Below are positions 30,601 through 38,597 of a DNA stretch of 64,000 bases, in pieces (positions within the stretch are counted from its first letter, which is position 1; each line of letters opens with the position of its first letter). The notes below the pieces were generated by a model that saw only the letters and a list, made by a program, of their open reading frames with translations, was not told the origin of the DNA and ran no database searches. The translations under genes and the position numbers were made by a program. Source of the stretch: an uncultured Gemmatimonadales bacterium (GTDB taxonomy: Bacteria; Gemmatimonadota; Gemmatimonadetes; Gemmatimonadales; GWC2-71-9); NCBI GenBank assembly GCA_963795085.1, contig CAWCFX010000001.1, positions 992,001 to 1,056,000 of the forward strand, in the 5' to 3' direction.

Positions 30601-31247
30601 CGAACACCTTCCAGAGCGACCTGCTCCCCGGGTTCAACCTGTCGATGTCCCATGACCTGTGGCGGGGGGCGGTAGGGACCGACACGGCGGAGTTCGACCC
30701 GTTTCTCTCCAGTGTGAGCGCCGGGTTCGCGGTTTCAGGGAATACTTTCCGGACCCTCCTGTCGTTCGTCGGCCTGGCCCGGCGGCCGGAGCCCGCCGCG
30801 GCAGCCGCCGGGCAGCGTCCCGCCCAGCCGACCTCCTACGTCGCGGACGTGGGCCGCCGGCGGGGCGGCAGCAGTTTCTACAATACGGACCAGTACGCGG
30901 TGGGGATGGGGCGGGCGTTCACCGCCAACTTCAACTACTCGCTCTCCCGGGCCCGGCCCACCCCGGGCGATGGGATCGCCGATATCGAGCCGCGGCAGAA
31001 CCTCGGTTTCAGCACCAGTTTCTCGCCCACCCCGCTCTGGTCGCTCTCCTGGACCGCCCAGTACAACATCACCGACCGGCAGTTTGAGTCCCACGTGGTC
31101 CGCCTGGAGCGGGACATGCACGAATGGAAGGCCAGTTTCAACGCCATCAAGAACGCCAACGGCAACTTCCAGTTCTTCTTCAGTATCTACCTGAGCGACC
31201 TCCCGGAAGTGAAATTCGACTACGACCAGACCACCATCGAGCGCTAG
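27699..31247 (+). CDS. tatC: TatC fused in frame to an LptD-like outer-membrane beta-barrel protein
   Basis: MPFLDHLEELR, YQLWAFLSPALY, FELP, VLSPGAD, LYE (TatC); then TSCDLPNPHYHFSARQVK, RRSGILVP and amphipathic beta-strands (LptD-type). Confidence 0.85.
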   Translation: MARANGEMPFLDHLEELRMRILKSAGALVLGMAVGLFVVERFQLIVLLKRPIEPYLPAGGKLIVTGPTEPVMIVLKLGFTVGLVLASPVLIYQLWAFLSPALYAREKKALVPGLLIGLLLFMAGGALGFLYIVPQALRVLFSFQSEALAPFITYDKYFSFLLQVVLAMGISFELPLVIILLSIFGLLTPAALHRFRRFAIVLACIAGAVLSPGADVISMVMMTVPLIFLYEVGVAGSSIVYRRKKRREARAASAAALLFFLFAGVGAVSAQEPVRPRPDSLRPAIPRDSLLRARPDTGRRPRAGSQLDTATAARLGLPTAPTRSFPAPDSIMEALLARPGFQAVRYRADSATLYAEERRIQLRRDALTQRGQSVMEADSAITYDDSECMMTAGGNPRLFDGGSVVVSKHISYNHCIRRAVIADALTNFQEGSTTWFLRGTLAQDSSSSRLYAHSGEITSCDLPNPHYHFSARQVKWISKTVLVARPAVLYVRDVPILWLPFIFQDARPGRRSGILVPQFGINDIVRPNGGYNRQVTNVGYYWAPNEYFDLTARLDWYANRYTQYGIAGQYRWLNRFVTGNLAYNRTSENTGQRSTNVRWDHRQSFNLNTTLNFNLNYASNSSVIRRNAIDPLLSTQNITSALNFTRRFGWGSLTLGGNRRQSLTDRSVTQQFPALTINPKPLDLSRNLTWSPSVSFTRDESRNTPRGFFVVANALGGLDSVAATEDTRLTAFNLDTPLRFWGFNWRNSVRMTDRLVQGRQAVTFREENTATPEPGDSVNVTRVFSGDFSTGVDWNTGINLPTLARSTFKLQPTLGIDNIVTGQPFLLRNRNTGGDYVVQGKRFALSMSAAPTVFGFYPGVGPLARIRHSLSPVFNWTYRPAAEIPAEFARAIQQPGRPIELRSDPNQTASISLSQSFEAKARQAPGDTTDPQNVRKYRLLSISTSQLAYDFEQAKKPGRTGWITPSISNTFQSDLLPGFNLSMSHDLWRGAVGTDTAEFDPFLSSVSAGFAVSGNTFRTLLSFVGLARRPEPAAAAAGQRPAQPTSYVADVGRRRGGSSFYNTDQYAVGMGRAFTANFNYSLSRARPTPGDGIADIEPRQNLGFSTSFSPTPLWSLSWTAQYNITDRQFESHVVRLERDMHEWKASFNAIKNANGNFQFFFSIYLSDLPEVKFDYDQTTIER

Positions 31248-31353
31248 TCAGCGCAACCTGGATAGGTCGTGCTGTCCTCGACCAGGGACAGCCCCCCGTC
31301 CTTCCCGGGGCGCAACTCGCGGCGGGGCGGCGGGTTAGGGCCGGGGGGCCAGA

Positions 31354-31369
31354 TGGCACACCCCCTGCT
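31354..31369 (+). promoter_or_regulatory. sigma54-type promoter
   Basis: TGGCAC-ACCCC-CTGCT (GG-N10-GC). Confidence 0.55.
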
Positions 31370-31400
31370 TTAACGCCGGCATCCCCACTGGAGCAGACCC

Positions 31401-32525
31401 ATGCGAGTCGCGATGTCGGCGGTCCTGTTGAGTGTGTTGTCCCTCGGCTGCCAGGACGAGTTCCTCGGCGGCGGCTCCCTGCTGAACCCCCCGACCAACC
31501 TTACGTACAAGGTCGAACCCAGCGGCACTCCAGGAAGCCCTTCCGGGGTCCTGCTGCAATGGGATTTCAGCACCGATCCGGCCATCGCGGTGTGGCGGGT
31601 GTACTCGCGGGGAAGCAGCTCCGGGTCCTTCCGGCTCCGCGGGTCCACCACCTCCAACACCTATCATGACAACGGCATACCCCACCTCCAGTATTACGTG
31701 ACCGCGGAGGACGATGCCGGGTACGAGAGCGATCCCAGCAACGCGGTGACAGTGGACGAGCGGCTGGCCCTGGACGCGCCCCTGGCCCTGACCACCACGT
31801 CGCTCGACCAGGCCATCGCGCTCAGCTGGACCGACAACGCCTACACCTCCGAACCGCAGGGATTCTCGATTTACCGGATATACAGCACCGCCTATGACCT
31901 GGACCTGGGACTGTGCGGCGCGACCTGGTCGCTGGAAGGCACCACGGTAGCCCCCGAGTACATCGCCGGCGCGCTGACCAATGGCGCGCCCCGCTGCTTC
32001 GGCGTCTCCGCGATCAGCGTGGAAGGCTTCGAAAGCCTCTGGTCGCCGGTCCGTTCGGATACGCCGCGGCCCGACGCGCGGAATGTCCTGATCTATGCCC
32101 GCCAGTACTCGGTGGGCGGCAGCGGCTTCCGCTTCTGGCGCGACCTGGACAGCGATGGCCGCAGCGATCCCAACGAGATCGGGCTGGTTGGATCGGGCAA
32201 CGCGGTGGATATCGATTTTTCGATCGAGCGGGACCCTGCGGGCGACCTCTTCTTTACGCCGGTGCGGGCCGGGACCGGGGTCATCGCCTACGGCAGCATC
32301 CCGGTGGAAGACCTGACCAGCATCGATTATGCGCCCGACGTGAACTATCCCTCGGCCGCGCTGAGCGCGGTGCCCGGGTGGGGCTACGTCTTCGCGATGG
32401 ATGGCGGCGACGGGTACTCACGGTTCGGAGCGGTGCGGGTGACTCACGTGGGCCAGGACTACCTGATCCTGGACTGGGCCTTTCAGACCGATCCCGGCAA
32501 TCCGGAACTGATCCGGGCGCGGTAG
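31401..32525 (+). CDS. Lipoprotein with two FN3-like repeats
   Basis: Lipobox LSLGC; PPTNL...LQWD...YYVTAEDDAGYES.PS and APLAL...LSW...FGVSAISVEGFES.WS. Confidence 0.75.
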   Translation: MRVAMSAVLLSVLSLGCQDEFLGGGSLLNPPTNLTYKVEPSGTPGSPSGVLLQWDFSTDPAIAVWRVYSRGSSSGSFRLRGSTTSNTYHDNGIPHLQYYVTAEDDAGYESDPSNAVTVDERLALDAPLALTTTSLDQAIALSWTDNAYTSEPQGFSIYRIYSTAYDLDLGLCGATWSLEGTTVAPEYIAGALTNGAPRCFGVSAISVEGFESLWSPVRSDTPRPDARNVLIYARQYSVGGSGFRFWRDLDSDGRSDPNEIGLVGSGNAVDIDFSIERDPAGDLFFTPVRAGTGVIAYGSIPVEDLTSIDYAPDVNYPSAALSAVPGWGYVFAMDGGDGYSRFGAVRVTHVGQDYLILDWAFQTDPGNPELIRAR

Positions 32526-32651
32526 CGGGCAGGGGGCCGGGAGGGACGGGGAGGCACGCAGTCGTGGCCTCCCCACTTTTCTTGCCCCTTGCCCTCCTGC
32601 CCCCTTTTTCCCCTTCTTCCCCCTCTCCCCGCCTCCCCGCTATGTTGGGCC

Positions 32652-34199
32652 ATGCCTTTCACTCTGACGATTGACGGCAAGTCCCTCAGTATCGCCGACA
32701 CTGTCCGGTTCGCGCGGGAATCGGACAGCCGGTTGGCCGTCCACGCGGACGCGCGGGCCCGGCTGGGCCGGAGCCGCGACCTGGTCGACGCGGCGATCAA
32801 GGGCGGCGCCACCATCTACGGAATCAACACCGGGTTTGGAAAGCTGGCCAACGTGCGGATCGCGCCGGACCGGCTCAGCGAGCTCCAGGCCAACCTGATA
32901 CGCAGCCACGCCGCCGGGGTGGGCGCCCTGCTGCCCCGCGACGTGGTCCGGGCCGCGATGCTGCTTCGGGCCAACGTGCTGCTGCGGCCCACCAGCGGGG
33001 TGCGACCCGAACTGGTGGATGCGCTGGTCACGATGGTCAACGCCGGTGTGGTCCCCGCGGTACCGGAGCAGGGCAGTGTAGGGGCCAGCGGCGACCTGGC
33101 TCCGCTCGCCCACATTGCCCAGGTCCTGATGGGCGAGGGCGAGGTACTGGTGGACGGCGACGCGTTCCCCGCGGCGTCCGTGCTGGGCGCCGCCGGCATC
33201 ACCCCGTTCGCCCTGGCGCCCAAGGAAGGCCTCGCCTTCATCAACGGCACCCAGGCCCAGACCGCGCTGCTCGCCCTCCTGGTCCATGATGCCGAAGTGC
33301 TCTGGCGCAGCGCCGTGGGAGCGGCCGCCATGAGCCTGGAGGCGCTGCGCGGCACTCCGGCGCCGCTGGACGCCCGGATTCATGAGGCCCGCCCCCATCG
33401 CGGGCAGATCCAGGCGGCCGCGGTGATGCGCAGCCTGCTGGAGGACAGTGCCATTCGGGAATCCCACCGGGACAATGACGAGCGGGTCCAGGATGCCTAC
33501 AGCCTGCGTTGCACCCCGCAGGTGCTGGGCGCGGTGGCCGACGCCATCCGGTTTGCCCGGGACACCGCGGTGGTGGAGCTCAATTCGTCCACCGACAATC
33601 CGCTGGTGTTCGACAATGGCGACGTGATCTCCGGCGGCAACTTTCACGGTCAGCCGGTGGCCCAGGCGCTCGACTTTCTGGCGGTCGCGCTGACCACGCT
33701 GCAGGCCATCGCCGAGCGGCGGGTGGAGCGGCTGGTCAATCCCGATCTTTCCCAGGGGCTGCCGGCGTTCCTCACCGCCGATCCGGGCCTCTGCTCCGGA
33801 TTCATGATGGTCCAGATCACCGCCGCCTCCCTGGTGGCGGAGTCTCGCACGCTCTGCATGCCGGCCAGCATCGGGAGCATTCCCACGGATGCCAACCAGG
33901 AAGACTTTGTCCCCATGGGCATGGCGGCGGCGTACAAGACCCGGCGGGTGCTGGCCAATGCCCAGCGGGTCATTGCGAGCGAGTTTCTCTGTGCCGCCCA
34001 GGGGCTGGAGTTCCTCAAACCGCTGGAGCCAGGTCGGGGGGTGCGCCAGCTCTACCGCCGCATTCGCGAGAGCAGCCCCCCGGTGCTACCGCTCACGGCC
34101 GACCGGCCCCCGGCGCCGGACCTGGCGCAGCTGACCGCGATGATCGCGGTGGGCCTGCTGGATCCGGGCATTGCGCCGGGCCCGGGGGGTGCGCAATAG
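32652..34199 (+). CDS. hutH: Histidine ammonia-lyase
   Basis: YGINTGFG, GSVGASGDLAPLAH (MIO), VQDAYSLRC, SGGNFHG, ANQED. Confidence 0.93.
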   Translation: MPFTLTIDGKSLSIADTVRFARESDSRLAVHADARARLGRSRDLVDAAIKGGATIYGINTGFGKLANVRIAPDRLSELQANLIRSHAAGVGALLPRDVVRAAMLLRANVLLRPTSGVRPELVDALVTMVNAGVVPAVPEQGSVGASGDLAPLAHIAQVLMGEGEVLVDGDAFPAASVLGAAGITPFALAPKEGLAFINGTQAQTALLALLVHDAEVLWRSAVGAAAMSLEALRGTPAPLDARIHEARPHRGQIQAAAVMRSLLEDSAIRESHRDNDERVQDAYSLRCTPQVLGAVADAIRFARDTAVVELNSSTDNPLVFDNGDVISGGNFHGQPVAQALDFLAVALTTLQAIAERRVERLVNPDLSQGLPAFLTADPGLCSGFMMVQITAASLVAESRTLCMPASIGSIPTDANQEDFVPMGMAAAYKTRRVLANAQRVIASEFLCAAQGLEFLKPLEPGRGVRQLYRRIRESSPPVLPLTADRPPAPDLAQLTAMIAVGLLDPGIAPGPGGAQ

Positions 34200-34228
34200 T
34201 TGCTAGGCCCTGCTGGGTCCCGTATCTT
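34200..34228 (+). promoter_or_regulatory. sigma70-type promoter
   Basis: TTGCTA-N17-TATCTT. Confidence 0.5.
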
Positions 34229-34273
34229 TAACTCATTGCCCCGTATCTGCTTCCCCGCTACCAGTCGAGCCTG

Positions 34274-36823
34274 ATGAATCTCGAAAAACTGAAGGACGCG
34301 GCGCGCAAGCACGAACAAAAAGAGGATTGGCGGCGGGCCATCGAGGTGTACCAGAAGGCCATCGTCGAGTTTGAATCGGGTCACGACCCCAATCCGGATC
34401 TCTCGATCTATAACCGGGTGGGCGACCTTCACATGAAGGCCAACAACCCGACGGCCGCGGTCCAGGCTTATGAACGGGCGGTGGACCTCTACAGCGACCA
34501 GGGTTTTCTCAACAACGCCATTGCCCTGTGCGGCAAGGTGCTGCGCGTCAATCCCGGCCGCATCCAGGCCTACCTCAAGCTGGCCCAGTTGCACGCCCGC
34601 AAGAACGTTGTCATCGAGGCCAAGAAAAACCTGATCGAGTATCTCGAGCGGATGAACCAGGTGCATCAGCTCGACGAGGCTTTCAAGGCCGTCAAGGCCT
34701 TCGCCGACCAGTTCCCCGGCAACCAGGAGATCCGGCTGATGCTGTCGGACCTGCTGCGCGCCTCCTCCCGTACGACTGAGGCGCGGGAACAGCTGCAGAA
34801 GCTTTCGGAGGACCTGGAGGCGAAAGGGGACGCCGCCGGCGCCCGGAAGACGAGGGAGCGTCTGCAGGCCATCGATGAACTGCCGGAAGCGCCTCCCCAG
34901 GCGCCCCGCCGGGGCGACCTCGTATTCCTCGATATCGGCATCGAGGTGGCCCCCACCAGACCGGCGCCTCCCCCTCCACCGACTCCGCCGCGCCGGTCCA
35001 CCATCCGGACGCCCCGGCCAACGGTCCGCACGACCCCGATGATTCCTCCCGAGGCGTTACTCGACGAGACCCCGGTGACGCCGGCCTGGGAAGAACCCGC
35101 CGGCGAGTCGCTGGAAATCGAAACATCCCGCCTGGCGGACAGCGACATCGACCCGGCAGCGATGGTGCCGCAGGAGCCGTTGGCGGACCTGCTCGGGGCC
35201 GACGATGCGCCCGCCCCGATTGAGGGACTGGACGGCCTGGAGCCGACCATCTTGGAATCGCCGCCCGAGTCCGGGTCGCCGGAGGCCCTGAGCGGGCTCG
35301 AGGTCGCCAGTGATTTTTCCCCCGGCTTCGACGCGGCGGAATCGCTGCTCGAGGACGACCTCTCCGTCGTGGAGCCGGTGGAGGCACTGGAGGGCATCGA
35401 GCAGGCGCTGGATGAGGACGTGCTGGGCGAGCCGGTGGACGTGGACGGGCAGGCACTTGCGGCGGATGACGGCCTGGTGCTGGATGTGGTTCCCGATGAC
35501 GGCGCCCGGATCAGTGAGTCCCTGGAATTCGCGGAGGCGGAGATCGTCGACGTGACAGAACCCGGGACGCTCGGCGGGGCGCTGGATGACGGCACCGATT
35601 GGGAGATTCCCGAGGACCTGGAGCCGCTGGTGGGCCAGGCGGAAGCAGGCCTGCCGGAGTCCGGGCTGGCAATGGATGAACCGGTGGCGGGCGAGCCCAT
35701 GATGGCACCCGTGGATGGCTCGGCCGAGGCGTCCCTTTCGTTCCTGCAGGTGGAAGAGCCAGCCCAGCCGACCATCGAGGACCTCGAAGATCTCATCCTG
35801 GACGATCCCGACAACCCGGAAACGCACCGGGCCCTGGGTGAGGCGCTGCTGGCCTCGGGGGACACGGTCCGCGGCATCGACGAACTCGACCTGGCGCTGC
35901 TCGGCTACGAGAACCGGGAAGACTGGGAGCATGCGCTCGACCTCATCAGCGAACTGATCCGGGTGGAGCCCACCAGCGTCCGCTACTACCAGAAGCGGGT
36001 GGAAGTTGCCTACCGGACCGGCGAGAAGGGCCGCCTGATCGAGGCGTACCAGGAACTGGGCGACGCGCTGGTCCGCAGTGGCGCACTGGACAAGGCGCTG
36101 GCAGTGTACCGCCGGGTGCTGGAGCACGAGCCCGACAACGCCCGCGCCGGGTCGGCCCTGCAGGCACTGGCCCCGCCGGAGGAGGTTCCGCCCGCGGCCG
36201 AAGCGGCGGCCCGGCCGGCGGCTGGCCGCCCCTCGGCGCCCGCGGTTCCCCGCAGTTCAGCGCCACCGGCGCCGGCCGGCCCTGTCGGCGGCGGCGATTT
36301 CATCGATCTCGGCTCGCTGATCCTCGAAGAAGACGAGGTGATGGACACCCGGATGCGGGTGGAAGACGAAGAGCCGACCGGTGACGAAGAGCGGGATTTC
36401 AAGGAGATGCTGAGCGCATTCAAGCGGGGCATCGAGCAGAACCTGGACGCCGAAGACTTCCAGTCCCACTATGACCTGGGGGTGGCCTTCAAGGAGATGG
36501 GCCTGCTGGACGAGGCCATTGCCGAGTTCCAGAAGGCGCTCCGTTCGCCGGATGGCCGGCTGCGCACCTCGGAGGCGCTGGGTGTCTGCTTCTACGAGAA
36601 AGCCCAGTATCCGATCGCCGAGGCGATTCTCCGCCGGGCGGTGGATTCCCAGCCCGGGGCCGATGACGAGAAAGTCGGGCTGCTCTACTGGCTGGCACGG
36701 GCGCTCGAGGTCCAGGGCAAGGTGGACGATGCGCTGGCCACCTTCCGCCGGGTGCTGGCGGTGGACATCCGCTTCGCCGATGCCAGCGACCGCATGGGCC
36801 AGCTCAGTGCCGGGCGCGCCTGA
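34274..36823 (+). CDS. Large TPR protein: three TPR clusters separated by Pro-rich and acidic linkers
   Basis: Repeating TPR helices; C-terminal SHYDLGVAFKEMGLLDEAIAEFQ. Confidence 0.85.
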   Translation: MNLEKLKDAARKHEQKEDWRRAIEVYQKAIVEFESGHDPNPDLSIYNRVGDLHMKANNPTAAVQAYERAVDLYSDQGFLNNAIALCGKVLRVNPGRIQAYLKLAQLHARKNVVIEAKKNLIEYLERMNQVHQLDEAFKAVKAFADQFPGNQEIRLMLSDLLRASSRTTEAREQLQKLSEDLEAKGDAAGARKTRERLQAIDELPEAPPQAPRRGDLVFLDIGIEVAPTRPAPPPPPTPPRRSTIRTPRPTVRTTPMIPPEALLDETPVTPAWEEPAGESLEIETSRLADSDIDPAAMVPQEPLADLLGADDAPAPIEGLDGLEPTILESPPESGSPEALSGLEVASDFSPGFDAAESLLEDDLSVVEPVEALEGIEQALDEDVLGEPVDVDGQALAADDGLVLDVVPDDGARISESLEFAEAEIVDVTEPGTLGGALDDGTDWEIPEDLEPLVGQAEAGLPESGLAMDEPVAGEPMMAPVDGSAEASLSFLQVEEPAQPTIEDLEDLILDDPDNPETHRALGEALLASGDTVRGIDELDLALLGYENREDWEHALDLISELIRVEPTSVRYYQKRVEVAYRTGEKGRLIEAYQELGDALVRSGALDKALAVYRRVLEHEPDNARAGSALQALAPPEEVPPAAEAAARPAAGRPSAPAVPRSSAPPAPAGPVGGGDFIDLGSLILEEDEVMDTRMRVEDEEPTGDEERDFKEMLSAFKRGIEQNLDAEDFQSHYDLGVAFKEMGLLDEAIAEFQKALRSPDGRLRTSEALGVCFYEKAQYPIAEAILRRAVDSQPGADDEKVGLLYWLARALEVQGKVDDALATFRRVLAVDIRFADASDRMGQLSAGRA

Positions 36824-37812
36824 TGAGTTCTCAGACCGCGCCGGTCTCGCTCCGGGAACTGCAGGCTCCGCTGGGCGGCAAGCTCGACGAGGTGCTGGCC
36901 GAGCTGCACCGGATCGTGCAGAGCGACTTTCAGCTTATCAGCGAGGTCAACTCGCATCTCTTCCAGATGCGGGGCAAGATGTTCCGGCCCACGCTGCTGC
37001 TGCTGGCGGACCAGGCGACCGGGAACCGGGATCCCCGGACCCGCACCCTTGCCGCGGTGGTCGAACTGATCCACCTGGCCACCCTGGTGCACGACGACTC
37101 GGTGGATCACTCGGTGCTCCGCCGGGGCATGCCCACCATCAACGCGCTCTTCAGTCACCAGATCTCGGTGATCATGGGAGATTACCTCTACTCCCGGGCC
37201 GTGATCGAACTGGTGGCCCTGAACGACCTGGAGCCGCTCCGGGTGCTGGGCCGGGTTACCAACGAGATGACGGTGGGCGAGATGCGGCAACTACTGTCCC
37301 ACGAACCGCTCAGTTTCAGTGAAGAAGAGTATGACCTGCTGATCCGGGCCAAGACCGCGTCACTCCTCTCCGGCGCCTGCGAGGTCGGCGCGCTCCGGGC
37401 TGAGCCGGAGGAGCGAGCCGCGCTGCGGCGCTTCGGCGAGTACCTCGGGATGGCGTTCCAGATCATCGACGACCTGCTTGACTACACCGAGCTGGAGGAA
37501 GTCACCGGCAAGCCTTCGGGCTCCGACCTGCGGGAACACAAGGTCACGCTGCCGCTCATCGCGGCCCTCCCTCGATTCTCCGAGGCCGACCGGCGGCTGG
37601 TCAACCGTCTGATGGCGACCGCCGAACCCGGCGACCAGCAGATCGCGGATGTTATCCAGGCGGTGGCCGCTGCCGACGGGCTGGACTACGCCCGCGACCG
37701 GGCCCACTCCCTCGCCAGCCAGGCCGAGTCGGCCCTGGATTCACTCCCTCCCGGTCCCGCCACCGAGGCGCTCCGGGCCAGTATTACCTACGTGCTCGAC
37801 CGGAGACGCTGA
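36823..37812 (+). CDS. Long-chain polyprenyl diphosphate synthase (IspB/HepT-like)
   Basis: GKMFRP, ELIHLATLVHDD..D....RRG, FQIIDDLLD, GKPSGSDL. Confidence 0.93.
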   Translation: MSSQTAPVSLRELQAPLGGKLDEVLAELHRIVQSDFQLISEVNSHLFQMRGKMFRPTLLLLADQATGNRDPRTRTLAAVVELIHLATLVHDDSVDHSVLRRGMPTINALFSHQISVIMGDYLYSRAVIELVALNDLEPLRVLGRVTNEMTVGEMRQLLSHEPLSFSEEEYDLLIRAKTASLLSGACEVGALRAEPEERAALRRFGEYLGMAFQIIDDLLDYTELEEVTGKPSGSDLREHKVTLPLIAALPRFSEADRRLVNRLMATAEPGDQQIADVIQAVAAADGLDYARDRAHSLASQAESALDSLPPGPATEALRASITYVLDRRR

Positions 37813-38084
37813 TGCCCGCTGGACCCCGCCGACCCGCGTTCTACCTTGGCGTGCTCACCGCCGGCTTCCTGGCCGGCGGCTTCCTGACGGCGCTGCTCCG
37901 GGAGTTCTTGCCGGACAGCGTGGCCAAGGAGGTCTTTACCTACACCGTCTCCCCCTCCGTGGGGCCGGTCTCGCTCGACCTGCTGGTCATTAATTTGACT
38001 CTGGGGCCTCTGGGGCTCCATGTTTCCATCCTCAGCCTGCTCGGCGTCGTGCTCGCCTACCTCGTGGCGCGCTCGCTTTTCTAA
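37812..38084 (+). CDS. Small membrane protein (DUF4321-like)
   Basis: Two hydrophobic segments, SLDLLVINLTLG pattern; translationally coupled. Confidence 0.6.
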   Translation: MPAGPRRPAFYLGVLTAGFLAGGFLTALLREFLPDSVAKEVFTYTVSPSVGPVSLDLLVINLTLGPLGLHVSILSLLGVVLAYLVARSLF

Positions 38085-38094
38085 GGAGTCCCGT

Positions 38095-38349
38095 ATGTTC
38101 GGCAACCTCGGTGTGTGGGAAATCCTGATGATCCTGGTGGTGGTGATGCTGCTCTTCGGCGCCAAGCGGCTGCCGGAGATGGGCGCCTCCATCGGCAAGG
38201 GAATCCGGGAGTTCAAGCGCAGTATCAGCCAGACGGAAGACGCGATCATGAAACCGGAAGACCAGCACCAGGTGAATGCCGGACGCCAGATGGACCAGCC
38301 CCCCACCACGCCGCCCGCCGGCGGGGAGCCGAAACGGTTGTCGCAGTAG
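38095..38349 (+). CDS. tatA: Twin-arginine translocase subunit TatA
   Basis: AAGGAG RBS; EILMIL...LLFGAKRLPEMGASIGKGIREFK. Confidence 0.95.
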   Translation: MFGNLGVWEILMILVVVMLLFGAKRLPEMGASIGKGIREFKRSISQTEDAIMKPEDQHQVNAGRQMDQPPTTPPAGGEPKRLSQ

Positions 38350-38402
38350 AGTGCAGAGTGCAGAGTACAGAGTATAGAGTGCAGAGTGCAGAGTACAGAG
38401 TA
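38347..38402 (+). repeat. Heptamer tandem repeat (YAGAGTR)x8
   Basis: Two exact copies of TAGAGTG CAGAGTG CAGAGTA CAGAGTA starting at the tatA stop codon. Confidence 0.9.
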
Positions 38403-38467
38403 TGCGGGAGGGTCCGACGCGTGGCACTGCGATTCGACAAGGTGAGATAGCCGACCCTGGAAAACGC

Positions 38468-38501
38468 CAAAGGCGGGAGCGACCCTTGCTCACCGCCTTT
38501 G
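38468..38501. terminator. Hairpin between convergent tatA and ppiD
   Basis: CAAAGGCGG-GAGC...GCTC-A-CCGCCTTTG. Confidence 0.6.
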
Positions 38502-38550
38502 ATGCATCTGGCATCTGTGTTCTACGCTCTGGCCTCCGATAGGCTGCTCG

Positions 38551-38597
38551 CTGCACTCAGCACCCAGCACTCATCAGCACTCTGCACTCTGCACTCA
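38551..38597 (-). repeat. Heptamer tandem repeat (GAGTGCW), inverted relative to 38347-38402
   Basis: Minus strand TGAGTGCAGAGTGCAGAGTGCTGATGAGTGCTGGGTGCTGAGTGCAG starting at the ppiD stop codon. Confidence 0.8.
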
